Positions 16,237 through 25,182 of a stretch of 32,000 nt of DNA are shown here, in pieces. The stretch is taken from positions 150,001-182,000 of the forward strand of contig JAPZAR010000010.1 in NCBI GenBank assembly GCA_027460535.1, read 5' to 3'. Position 1 is the stretch's first letter; every line of letters starts with the position of its first letter. Under the pieces are notes generated by a model, which was not told where the DNA came from, did no database searches, and was given only the letters and a program-made list of their open reading frames with translations. Position numbers and translations under genes: made by a program. The DNA is from Candidatus Methanoperedens sp. Its GTDB lineage: Archaea; Halobacteriota; Methanosarcinia; Methanosarcinales; Methanoperedenaceae.

Positions 16237-16686
16237 ATGGCAATAGGTGATTTGAACAAGAAGTTTGGCTGGATATGGCTATTGATAGGCCCATTAATGG
16301 GCTTGTATATTACCAGCCGTATGGTCGGCCTGGGAGCGGCATATTCAGCTGCGACAAAAGAAGTAATGATCGCCGGGCAAAATGTGACGCTGTACATGGG
16401 AGAACCGGGTATGAGAGTAGTAAATCGACTTCTTCATGTTCATAGCGGCCTTCTGGCTATCCTGAACATAGTTTATGGACTCAGTATTGACAATGTCAAC
16501 CTGTCGGATAAAACCAAGAGGCTGGGCAGCATACTTGCAGTTGCGGGGGCAATTCTTGTAACTCTTGCGTTCTACTTCCTCCTGATTACATCGTTGAGGG
16601 CTCTTGCGGTTCCTTTCAGAACATTGGGGGGTATAAGCCTAGTAATTGCAGTCGTGATAATAGCCGTGGGGCAGCTTAAAAAATAG
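16237..16686 (+). CDS. small integral membrane protein (about 4 TM), unknown family
   Basis: 149 aa with four hydrophobic segments. A good SD (GGAGGGAAT) lies immediately upstream of the ATG. Confidence 0.5.
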   Translation: MAIGDLNKKFGWIWLLIGPLMGLYITSRMVGLGAAYSAATKEVMIAGQNVTLYMGEPGMRVVNRLLHVHSGLLAILNIVYGLSIDNVNLSDKTKRLGSILAVAGAILVTLAFYFLLITSLRALAVPFRTLGGISLVIAVVIIAVGQLKK

Positions 16687-16765
16687 ATTCCTGAAGTCAC
16701 CGCTGGCACTCAGGTGATGATGACCAGGGTTGATCTGTTGCAGGCTTTTTACAAGGGTAGCACAC

Positions 16766-17230
16766 CTATCTTATGAATAGCCTCCACCAGTGGATCCCTC
16801 TCATCAATAGCAATACAACGCCGACGCTCTTGATAATCTTCGCCGCTGAGATCACTATCATGAACTTCTTTGATTCATAATTTTCAATTCCTGCGACCAT
16901 GGGGGCAAGATCACCCACAAAAGGGATCCAGGGGGAAACGAGAAGCAGCGTCACCCCGTATTTGCGAAAGTGCATCTGCATTTTTTCTTCCCGTTCTTTG
17001 TTATGAAACGGGATTATTTTCTGAAGCTCATATTTTCCCAGGAGATAACCCAGTAATGCTCCTGTTATCGATCCTACAATTAATGTAACTATAATTATTG
17101 CCGGATTTATCCCTACACGAAGTAACTCCACTATGACAAATTCTGTGGGTATCGGGATGATGGAAGAAATAATGCTGACCGCTAAAAGTCCCATCGTTCC
17201 GTAGGCGGCGAATAATTCGAATAGTACCAT
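16766..17230 (-). CDS. DedA/YqaA (VTT-domain) family membrane protein
   Basis: IIPIPTEFVIVELL...GSITGALLGYLLGKY...KYGVTLLLVSPWIPFVGDLAPMVAGI matches the YqaA/DedA re-entrant-loop pattern. Confidence 0.65.
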   Translation of the reverse strand: MVLFELFAAYGTMGLLAVSIISSIIPIPTEFVIVELLRVGINPAIIIVTLIVGSITGALLGYLLGKYELQKIIPFHNKEREEKMQMHFRKYGVTLLLVSPWIPFVGDLAPMVAGIENYESKKFMIVISAAKIIKSVGVVLLLMRGIHWWRLFIR

Positions 17231-17386
17231 TCTTGACCCCTATTTTGTTTTCTGAACTATAAACATAATCGTACAACGCCAAATTCACTGCTTTTAAATA
17301 GATCTCGGGCCGAAGTTCCACTTCACGGCGCTCCTGATGCACAGTATAGAAGTGTCCCTCAGGCTGATATTTGAACTTTACGGGCG

Positions 17387-17974
17387 TTAAGACCTTCCCA
17401 GTATAGTCCTGAAATGGTTCATCCTTTTTTCCCACCTCTCGCTCGTGCCCACCTCAGCATGGCATTTCGTGCACTCGTCCGTGTGGCAGGAACTGCATGT
17501 TACCCCCCTTGGTATATGGATAGTTATGAGATTTCCTTTGCTTGGCAAGAGCGGATCGGGATAATCATGGCAATTGTTGCAGGATATGTTCCCATTGATA
17601 TAGACGGGTTTTGTAGGACTTGTTCCGTGGCATTTCTCGCATGTAACGTTCTTATTAATGGGGTGCACCTCATGCGATATCTTATGGCAGATAAGGCAGT
17701 AAGCACCACCGTTTACGTGGGGCGTTACTGTCAATGCCTGGGGGATGGATGGTTTTCCCGACATATGGCAGCCCTCGCAGACACCTTTGGATACCAATAC
17801 GGTGAAGTTGCCGCCCTGCTGCATATCTTTTCTCTGGGCGCTGCCATTTGTTGTTTCCGGTTGAACCGATATGCGCCTTTCCTGGTTTACACGACCTTCC
17901 TGGATTATGAATAACAATATCAACAGGAAGGCAGCCGTGAATATTATCAGCAATAGCCTATACCTTGTTTTCAT
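17387..17974 (-). CDS. hexahaem c-type cytochrome with N-terminal signal/anchor
   Basis: Six CxxCH motifs (CEGCH, CLICH, CEKCH, CNNCH, CSSCH, CTKCH) in about 130 aa after a hydrophobic N-terminus (YRLLLIIFTAAFLLILLFII). Start placed at ATG 17974; the ORF track uses GTG 17980. Confidence 0.85.
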   Translation of the reverse strand: MKTRYRLLLIIFTAAFLLILLFIIQEGRVNQERRISVQPETTNGSAQRKDMQQGGNFTVLVSKGVCEGCHMSGKPSIPQALTVTPHVNGGAYCLICHKISHEVHPINKNVTCEKCHGTSPTKPVYINGNISCNNCHDYPDPLLPSKGNLITIHIPRGVTCSSCHTDECTKCHAEVGTSERWEKRMNHFRTILGRS

Positions 17975-17976
17975 TG

Positions 17977-18174
17977 TCACGACCTGTTCAGCAAATGTAG
18001 ATTAGAGTCCGCTACTGCTCCCTGGATATCATGCGGCAGTCCGGGGGTGCCGAAGATGAAATGAGCCATCTCAAGGGCCGTGGTGGGAATAAAATAATGT
18101 CCCGTTGCCCCCAGGGCCGGCATATCACCCGGAGAAAAGCGGGATGTCTTCAATTCACTGTTCGGTTGTTCCAT
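17977..18174 (-). CDS. hypothetical 65-aa ORF immediately upstream of the cytochrome gene
   Basis: ATG with AGAGGAA 12-13 nt upstream. The stop abuts the cytochrome start. No motifs and no TM, so coding status is uncertain. Confidence 0.25.
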   Translation of the reverse strand: MEQPNSELKTSRFSPGDMPALGATGHYFIPTTALEMAHFIFGTPGLPHDIQGAVADSNLHLLNRS

Positions 18175-18410
18175 CAGTAGCTAATTCCTCTAAGCATGTA
18201 TAAGAAAAATATGATTTTTGATCTGTTAATAATATGCGGTTGTAGTCTGCTCCTGGATTACTCATCCTGCTATTATCATTTTATGACTTATTATTAATGT
18301 AATTATCGGTTCAGGCTGCCAGGGCTCTAACAGAGGGCTTAACCAGAATTTTAAGTGTTAACATATACTTAGTGAGTAGATAAAGAAAAGATATTTTAAG
18401 CCTGAAGGTT

Positions 18411-19559
18411 ATGCTTATCACAATGAACCCGCCCCTTGTATCCATCATAATCCCCTGTATGAACGAGGAGATGACCATAGGAACCTGCATCCGGAAAGCA
18501 TGGTCAAGCCTGAAGCAGGAGGGACTGGAAGGAGAAATAATAGTATCGGACAATTCCACAGATAATTCCGGTGAGATCGCGAAAAAATCGGGTGCCAGAG
18601 TCGTAACTCCCGCTAATAAAGGGTATGGGAATGCATTTTTGGTGGGTTTCAGGCACGCAAGGGGTAAATATTTTCTGTTAGCGGATGCCGATGATACTTA
18701 TGACCTGATGGAAATGGCTAAGTTCCTGAAACCACTCCTATCCGGCGAAGCGGATTTCGTAATGGGGAACAGATTGAAGGGAGAGATCAAAAAGAACTCC
18801 ATGCCCTGGCTTCACAGGTACATAGGCAATCCCGTACTTACAAGAGTCCTGAACATGCTCTTCAAGACACAATTGAGCGATGCCCATTGCGGTATGAGGG
18901 CAATTACAAAAGATGCGCTGGAAAAGCTGGATCTAAAGAGCGAGGGGATGGAATTCGCAAGCGAGATGATAATTGAAGCCGCGCGGAAAAAACTTCGGAT
19001 AACCGAGGTGCCTATCAATTATTATCCGAGGAAGACACCTTCCAAGCTTCACTCGTGGGGTGACGGATGGCGGCATCTGCGGTTCATGATGCTTTACAAT
19101 CCGACACCATTTCTTTCCATCCCGGGCTCGCTCCTATTTCTACTCGGCGGCTTTATGACATTCACTCTGGAATTGCGCGGGAACGTAGAAACAACAAGTT
19201 TGCATTCATTCATCCTGGGAAGCATGCTTGCAATTATCGGTACCCAGATGATAGCCACGGGCACCTATTTGAAAGTCTATGGGATAATTCATAACAAAAT
19301 AGACAGGACGGGTCTGACCGCAATGCTCCTGGACTACCATTCTCTTGAGGTAGGGCTATTTATCGGTATAATCTTGTTCTTCGGGGGCATGGTTTCCGGT
19401 TCAAGTGTTCTTTTCAAATGGATATCTTCAGGTTACGGCTCGCTTTCGGAAGTGGGGAACGCGGTCATATCCATGGTGCTCGCGGCCCTTGGCATCCAGA
19501 TAATCTTTTCCGCGCTCATAATCAGTATTTTTTTGCTGGATAATAAGGAAAACCAATGA
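18411..19559 (+). CDS. family 2 glycosyltransferase with C-terminal membrane domain (dolichyl-phosphate hexosyltransferase-like)
   Basis: VSIIIPCMNEE...VSDNSTDNSGEIA...GYGNAF...LADADDTYD (GT-A fold with DxD), followed by about 4 TM helices. Confidence 0.85.
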   Translation: MLITMNPPLVSIIIPCMNEEMTIGTCIRKAWSSLKQEGLEGEIIVSDNSTDNSGEIAKKSGARVVTPANKGYGNAFLVGFRHARGKYFLLADADDTYDLMEMAKFLKPLLSGEADFVMGNRLKGEIKKNSMPWLHRYIGNPVLTRVLNMLFKTQLSDAHCGMRAITKDALEKLDLKSEGMEFASEMIIEAARKKLRITEVPINYYPRKTPSKLHSWGDGWRHLRFMMLYNPTPFLSIPGSLLFLLGGFMTFTLELRGNVETTSLHSFILGSMLAIIGTQMIATGTYLKVYGIIHNKIDRTGLTAMLLDYHSLEVGLFIGIILFFGGMVSGSSVLFKWISSGYGSLSEVGNAVISMVLAALGIQIIFSALIISIFLLDNKENQ

Positions 19560-20695
19560 AGATCGCCTTTGTATATGATGCTGTCTACCCATGGGTGAAA
19601 GGAGGGGCGGAAAAAAGGATATTCGAGATAGGCAAACGATGCGCCAAGCGGGGGAATGAAGTCCATGTCTTCGGGATAAAATGGTGGCAGGGCCCTTCTG
19701 TTATCAGGTACGAGAACATGATGCTGCACGGGGTATGCAGCCCGATGGAATTATACGTTAATGGCAGGCGGGATATTTCAGAGGCATTGATCTTCTCCCT
19801 GAAACTCTTGCCACACCTTATCATGGAGAAATTCGATGTGATCGATGTGAGCGCCTTCCCGTATTTTCCATGCTTTTCTGCAAAGCTTGTGTCCTTTGCC
19901 AGGAGAACTCCCATGACTGTAACCTGGCATGAGGTCTGGGGGGAATATTGGTATGAATACCTCGGACCCGGGGGTTTTTTCGGGAAGCTTGTTGAGAATA
20001 TGGTTGCAAAATTGGCTGCCAGACCTATCGCTGTATCGGCATTGACCGGAAAGGGGCTTGAGTCGCTTGGAGTGAGAGGGAGAAAAATCCATATCGTGCC
20101 GAACGGCATCGACCTGAAAAGGATAAAAGAAATCATGCCTTCTCCTGATAAATGTGATCTGATATTTGTGGGGCGGCTTATCAGGGAGAAGAATGTGGAT
20201 TTGATGCTTGAAGCAGTGGATCATCTGAGGATAACACTGCCGCACGTGCAGTGCCACGTTATTGGCGGGGGACCTGAGAAAGAGAGGCTTACAGGACTTG
20301 CAGCGAAGCTCGGGCTCCTTGATAATGTGAAATTCTTCGGGTTCATGGAGTATGATGAGTTAATCGCCAGGATAAAGTCCTCCGGGGTATTGGCGCTACC
20401 CTCCAGCCGCGAAGGATTCGGGATGGCAGTACTTGAGGCCTTTGCATGCGGAGTACCCGTTGTTACGGTGAAAGGTGAGAAGAACGCTGCATCTTCGCTT
20501 GTCGATGACGGTACTGGTTTTGTGGTGGACCTTGATGCAAGGGAGATCAGTGAGGCTGTTGCCAGGTTGATCAAAGACCCCATGCTACATGAAAGAATGG
20601 CTGCCTCTGCCATGGCGAGAGTGCAGGAATACGATTGGGACAGGATAGTCGAGCGGCTGACTTGCATTTATGATGATCTACTGCAATACCATTAA
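19556..20695 (+). CDS. family 4 (GT-B) glycosyltransferase
   Basis: MKIAFVYDAVYPWVKGGAEKR N-terminus and the C-terminal EGFGMAVLEAFACGVPVV (EX7E region). ATGA overlap with the GT2 gene. Confidence 0.85.
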   Translation: MKIAFVYDAVYPWVKGGAEKRIFEIGKRCAKRGNEVHVFGIKWWQGPSVIRYENMMLHGVCSPMELYVNGRRDISEALIFSLKLLPHLIMEKFDVIDVSAFPYFPCFSAKLVSFARRTPMTVTWHEVWGEYWYEYLGPGGFFGKLVENMVAKLAARPIAVSALTGKGLESLGVRGRKIHIVPNGIDLKRIKEIMPSPDKCDLIFVGRLIREKNVDLMLEAVDHLRITLPHVQCHVIGGGPEKERLTGLAAKLGLLDNVKFFGFMEYDELIARIKSSGVLALPSSREGFGMAVLEAFACGVPVVTVKGEKNAASSLVDDGTGFVVDLDAREISEAVARLIKDPMLHERMAASAMARVQEYDWDRIVERLTCIYDDLLQYH

Positions 20696-22499
20696 GGACA
20701 TCAAGGATAATAAAATCAGGCAACCCTTATCAGATATGTTCAAGAAACTCCCCAATAGAATCACCGATCTGCTCGCTTCCAACAAAATCCCCTTACTGGT
20801 ATTTTTAAGCTCCTTGTTCATACTTATCACTTTTGCGAGCACACGATTACTTTTTTCGGATGAAGGGGTGATACTGGACCAGTTTTATAATTTGATCCAT
20901 GGCTCTATAGCCCTGAAAATCGCCAAAATAAATGTGACAAAAGGAGTTTTCATATCAGTAGGGGGCAGCCTCTACGGGAAATTTAGCTATTCGCTTATGA
21001 TCTTATCTCTCCCTGCATACTATTTTCTAAAAGCAGTCAACTCGATCTATGGTGCGCATCTTTTCATATTGCAGCTTTGGGCTTTGAGCGGCGGATCCAT
21101 TGTTTATCTTATTGCGAAAAACCACAAGTATGCGAGCGGAATAATGGCGTATTTCGTCCTGATATCTGCCAATCTGTATATCTTTAAGCCCATTTACTTC
21201 CCGAAATGGGGGGAAGTCCTCTCGATCGAATTCACCAATATCCTTATCACATCTTTTCTGGTCCTGATCGTTTATCTTTTATTCAGGGAACTTTTCAACA
21301 ATAAAATTGCTCTTTTTGCCTCTTTTTTTGTATTAGTTGCAACACCGGTTCCTTTTTATGCCATCACGTTGAAACATCACAATCTGGCTGTTCTTCTCAC
21401 TTTGCTGACCTTCATCCTTTTTTACCGATATTCTGAAAAAAAGGATAATAGATTCATGTACGCTGCATATTTATCGGCAGGACTTTGCGTCTGGACACGA
21501 ATTCTGGATGGTGCAGTGTTACTGGCATCTCTTCTGATAATGGACTTCGTTTTTTTTAAACGGACCTTTAAATATGCCGTTACGATCTCATTCATAATTT
21601 TGATATCTCTGATCCCTTTTTTTAGTTTCAATCAATTTATTCTTGGAAATCCTTTCTCGATCATTGAAGTTACCCCTCTGGCCAGCACCCAGATGACAAT
21701 GGCCAACGCAAACGATTTTATTTCACTCAACGAAAGTCCGGCAAGTGCCAATCAATTTGCGCTTTTAGATAAACTTGGATTTACATGGAATCCGGACATA
21801 AGTGGAAATTGGCTGAGGGTTTTGTCGGATGTCCTATTTCTCAAGGTAGGAAATACATTTGGTATTTTATTAATAAGTCCCTTTCTGGTGCTGGCCATTG
21901 CCTTTGTGATAGAAAGGATTAAGAATAGAGTTAAATTGAATACAATGGATAGTATTTTTGGGTTGTATACTATTCTGCTATTTGGCGCGTATTCCATATT
22001 ATATATTTTATTTAATATAAATTCTCTAATTTCAATAATTACGGATACTCCCATAGTTCTTGAATACAGGTACCTTCTGGTGGGGTATATCATCCTTCTT
22101 TATTTTGCCCTCAGGACCGATAAAGTCCGGGAGCTGATCGAAACTAACTTTAAAAATATAGGCCGGATGTATGCTATATCATTGCCACTGATGTTAATCG
22201 TTTTCATTGAATTATTTCCTTCGCCTTTCATGGATAGTTACTACTATGTATCGCTGATCACTTCTGCCGCCCTTTTGATCCCAGTATCCGCATATCTTTT
22301 ATTTTCCAAAAAGAAATCCCTTCCCGCATTGGATTCCTGGGTAACTTTCTTTATTGCACTGTCCCTTGTTGAAGCTTCCCTGTTATTGCTTTTTTATTAC
22401 TGGGTTGTCAGCATGACCTACGTGTCACCAACACAAAACTATAGTATCCTGCCAACTTTAGAGAATACATTGAAATGGATGTATCAGATCTTTTTGTAA
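20670..22499 (+). CDS. large polytopic membrane protein, GT-C-like (putative lipid-linked-sugar glycosyltransferase or polymerase)
   Basis: More than 12 hydrophobic segments. There is an acidic DE pair just after TM1 (TRLLFSDEGVILDQ), as in the first loop of PMT/ArnT-type GT-C enzymes. No WWDYG motif. The start may be the Met at 20736. Confidence 0.55.
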   Translation: MMIYCNTIKDIKDNKIRQPLSDMFKKLPNRITDLLASNKIPLLVFLSSLFILITFASTRLLFSDEGVILDQFYNLIHGSIALKIAKINVTKGVFISVGGSLYGKFSYSLMILSLPAYYFLKAVNSIYGAHLFILQLWALSGGSIVYLIAKNHKYASGIMAYFVLISANLYIFKPIYFPKWGEVLSIEFTNILITSFLVLIVYLLFRELFNNKIALFASFFVLVATPVPFYAITLKHHNLAVLLTLLTFILFYRYSEKKDNRFMYAAYLSAGLCVWTRILDGAVLLASLLIMDFVFFKRTFKYAVTISFIILISLIPFFSFNQFILGNPFSIIEVTPLASTQMTMANANDFISLNESPASANQFALLDKLGFTWNPDISGNWLRVLSDVLFLKVGNTFGILLISPFLVLAIAFVIERIKNRVKLNTMDSIFGLYTILLFGAYSILYILFNINSLISIITDTPIVLEYRYLLVGYIILLYFALRTDKVRELIETNFKNIGRMYAISLPLMLIVFIELFPSPFMDSYYYVSLITSAALLIPVSAYLLFSKKKSLPALDSWVTFFIALSLVEASLLLLFYYWVVSMTYVSPTQNYSILPTLENTLKWMYQIFL

Positions 22500-22792
22500 A
22501 GATGCACACAGAAAGTCCCATCTTAGTCCGGGAAAATCCTGGGTCATGAATTAACATGGGAAAAATTGCATCGGGCCATTATTGCCTGGTATTCCTGACC
22601 AGCATCAGTCTATTTATTATAAAAATAATTCTTTTTGTAATGCTTAAATAGTAGTTAATGTATAGCTCCAGTGCTTTGCAGAGATTAAAAAAAAATTCAA
22701 AATATTCTGATTTCTCATGACCACACCTTCTTGAATCTAATTGTCTTAATCGGTTTCATTGTTACCGGAAATGGTATTTTTCCCCCCTTTTC

Positions 22793-23837
22793 ATGGCCGT
22801 GATGATGTTCTTTTTGCTCATGGATTTGGTCATCCCATCCTTTTATGAAAGCCTGACGCACGGCATTGGATATCTGATCACGGACGCGCCCGTGTTGAAG
22901 CAGATAATTGAAGCCCAGCCTCTCTTCTATACTTTTGAGGGCACGTTCCTTGGATGGCAAATATTAAGCAACCCGGTGTGGTATTCATTCACTTTCAGCT
23001 TTTATGCAGGAATTATAGGGTTCGCATGGTTATTCTACTCCCATCGGAACGGGATGGATAAGGCGCAAATATTTTTTATTGTCTGGACCCTGATAGTCCT
23101 GGCCCTTGCTCTATACCAGAGGCGCTTTAGCTATACGCTTGCGATAAATATCGCGATACTTTCCGGATATTTCATAGACAGGATCAAATCCCTTTCTCTA
23201 AGACCGTATTATGTTATTTTCCTCCTCTTCCTTTTTATCCCGAATATGGCTGTGGCGTATGATCTTTCCCAGGTCCCGCCCAAGCCATCGGATGACTGGT
23301 ATGATCCTTTGCTGTGGCTGAAGGAGAATACACCCGCTGGAGGGCAGTATGGCATAATGACATGGTGCGGATAAGGACCTTGCAATGTATTTTGACCAGA
23401 GCAACCTGCCCAATGAGAATTACTTCCACACCATGTATGCAAGACTGCATGTATTCGACGGCAGTGGGCTTGAGAATTACAGGATGGTATATGAATCGAA
23501 TGAGACGCATTATGACATCTTCGGCAAGCCTGCAAGGAATATCAAGATATTTGAATATGTGAAAGGGGCAAAGATAGCCGGGAAGGTGTCACCTAAGGAG
23601 ACTGTGTCCCTTTCGGGGACTATTATTACCAATCAGAGGCGGATGTTCGAGTATGCTCAACAGGTGAAAGCGGATGAAAAAGGGGATTTTGAATTTACAG
23701 TCCCATATTCGATTGATGACCCCTATGAGACCAGATTATTAAAAAGCTATGAATTAATATATGGTAATTCAAGCCGTTCTGTACCCGTTTCGGAGAATGA
23801 TATCCTGAATGGATATAAAATCTTGGCGGAGAGATGA
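22793..23837 (+). pseudogene. aglB: decayed AglB/STT3 oligosaccharyltransferase (N-terminally truncated, frameshifted, internally shortened)
   Basis: ORF 22793-23374 ends ...DDWYDPLLWLKENTPAGGQYGIMTWCG*. This is the region that in intact AglB leads into WWDYG. ORF 23385-23837 (YFHTMYARLHVFDG...YRMVYES...IKIFEYVKGAKIAG...) is the AglB C-terminal globular region in the +1 frame. Confidence 0.7.
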
Positions 23838-23958
23838 GTCATATCCACATCTTTCATTTGAAACTGCGCAAGCCCCAGACCCGCCGCCTTCGGCGGAGGT
23901 GCCTGACTTGCCCCCGTCCGGGAAGATTTATTAAGCAGAATCCCCCTATTTATTTAAA

Positions 23959-24087
23959 ATGCTATCTTCTGAAAAATTTGAAATACAAAATGCTATGAGA
24001 ATTATAAAAGGGTTCGATCCAAAGTTCGCCGGATTCGAGACCCAGATAGAGAAATATCTGCAAAAAACAGTTCCCGATAACAAATGA
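23959..24087 (+). CDS. possible 42-aa ORF translationally coupled to the downstream GT4 gene
   Basis: [42 protein letters not shown]. Its TGA overlaps the ATG of the 24084 gene (ATGA). Too short for the ORF track, and no family recognised. Confidence 0.25.
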   Translation: MLSSEKFEIQNAMRIIKGFDPKFAGFETQIEKYLQKTVPDNK

Positions 24088-25178
24088 AAATCGCCATCTT
24101 CCACGACTATATAGGAGCGATCGGGGGCGGGGAGAAGCTGATCCTGACACTTGCCCGGGGGCTTGATGCTGATGTGATAACCACGGACGTGGATGGGGAT
24201 TCCGTCAGGAAGATGGGATTTGAGGACGTAAATATCATAAGCGTCGGAAGGATGATCCAGCTTGCCCCGATCAAGCAGATCCATGCATCGTTGCGGTTTG
24301 CATTGTGCGATTTTTCGGACAGGTATGATTTCTTCATCTTTTCGGGCAATTGGGCGCATTTCGCCGCCCGGAAGCATAAACCCAATATGTGGTATTGTTT
24401 TACTCCAACCAGGATTTTTTATGACCTGCATGATGATTTTATGGGAAGATTATCTTTCATCGCAAGGCCATTCTTCATGCTATGGATAGCTCTTCACGAA
24501 CCGATGAGCAGGCGTTTTGCAGGTCATATTGAACATGTCATCGCAATATCGAAAAATGTCCAGAAAAGGATCAAGAAGTATTATGGGCGGGATTCGATGG
24601 TTGTGTATCCTGCCATTGATATATCAAAATACAGATTCGAAAAGTATGGAGATTTCTGGCTTTCTGTTAACAGGCTCTACCCTGAAAAACGCATCGAATT
24701 GCAGATCAATGCATTCAGGCAAATGACCGACGAGAAACTGGTTATCGTTGGAGGTTATGCTAAAGGAGACCATGCATCGAAATACGCATCCTGGATAATC
24801 AGGGACCTGCCGCCGAATGTGGAATTACTGGGGAGCGTCACCGAAAAGGAATTGATCGATTTATATGCGACCTGCAGAGGGCACATCACCACCGCAATCG
24901 ATGAAGATTTCGGAATGACCCCTGTAGAAGCGATGGCCTCGGGAAAAGCTACTGTTGCTGTCAATGAGGGCGGTTATCTTGAGACGGTGATCGATGGTTC
25001 AACCGGGATACTTGTTGCTGCTGATGAGAAAGCCATCATTAATGCTGTTAAAATAGTTTCAAAAAGCCCGGAAAAGTATCAAACGGATTGCAAAAACAGG
25101 GCAAAAGAGTTTGATACGAATGAATTTATTAAAAGGATGTCTGCTATTATGCAGTCATTTCAAAAAAATATTGCATAG
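24084..25178 (+). CDS. family 4 (GT-B) glycosyltransferase
   Basis: [20 protein letters not shown]-terminus and the C-terminal [29 protein letters not shown]. Confidence 0.85.
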   Translation: MKIAIFHDYIGAIGGGEKLILTLARGLDADVITTDVDGDSVRKMGFEDVNIISVGRMIQLAPIKQIHASLRFALCDFSDRYDFFIFSGNWAHFAARKHKPNMWYCFTPTRIFYDLHDDFMGRLSFIARPFFMLWIALHEPMSRRFAGHIEHVIAISKNVQKRIKKYYGRDSMVVYPAIDISKYRFEKYGDFWLSVNRLYPEKRIELQINAFRQMTDEKLVIVGGYAKGDHASKYASWIIRDLPPNVELLGSVTEKELIDLYATCRGHITTAIDEDFGMTPVEAMASGKATVAVNEGGYLETVIDGSTGILVAADEKAIINAVKIVSKSPEKYQTDCKNRAKEFDTNEFIKRMSAIMQSFQKNIA

Positions 25179-25182
25179 AAAC

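Noticed and set aside
17028-17435. 135-aa minus-strand ORF bridging the cytochrome 3' end and the DedA gene; possible frameshift at the A6 run (17426-17431) extending the cytochrome
   Set aside because: The ORF would overlap the well-formed DedA/YqaA N-terminus by about 200 nt, and there its translation turns into low-quality sequence. A +1 slip at the A-run would create the same implausible overlap. The first 65 or so codons do look protein-like, so a decayed small gene cannot be excluded.
22556-22651. 31-codon hydrophobic ORF (MGKIASGHYCLVFLTSISLFIIKIILFVMLK) upstream of the AglB relic, possibly a leftover AglB N-terminus
   Set aside because: Too short, with no diagnostic AglB residues. 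It cannot be distinguished from a chance ORF in AT-rich sequence.
22715-22960. 81-aa minus-strand ORF (His-rich) opposite the AglB relic
   Set aside because: It overlaps the plus-strand sequence that carries recognisable AglB homology. It has no start context or family features.
24011-24020. GGTTCGATCC, a tRNA T-loop-like sequence
   Set aside because: The flanks cannot form a T-stem, acceptor stem or anticodon arm. It lies inside the candidate 42-aa ORF.
23946-24431. 161-aa minus-strand ORF overlapping the start of the GT4 gene
   Set aside because: It is antisense to a GT4 CDS with a canonical N-terminus. It has no motifs and implausible composition.
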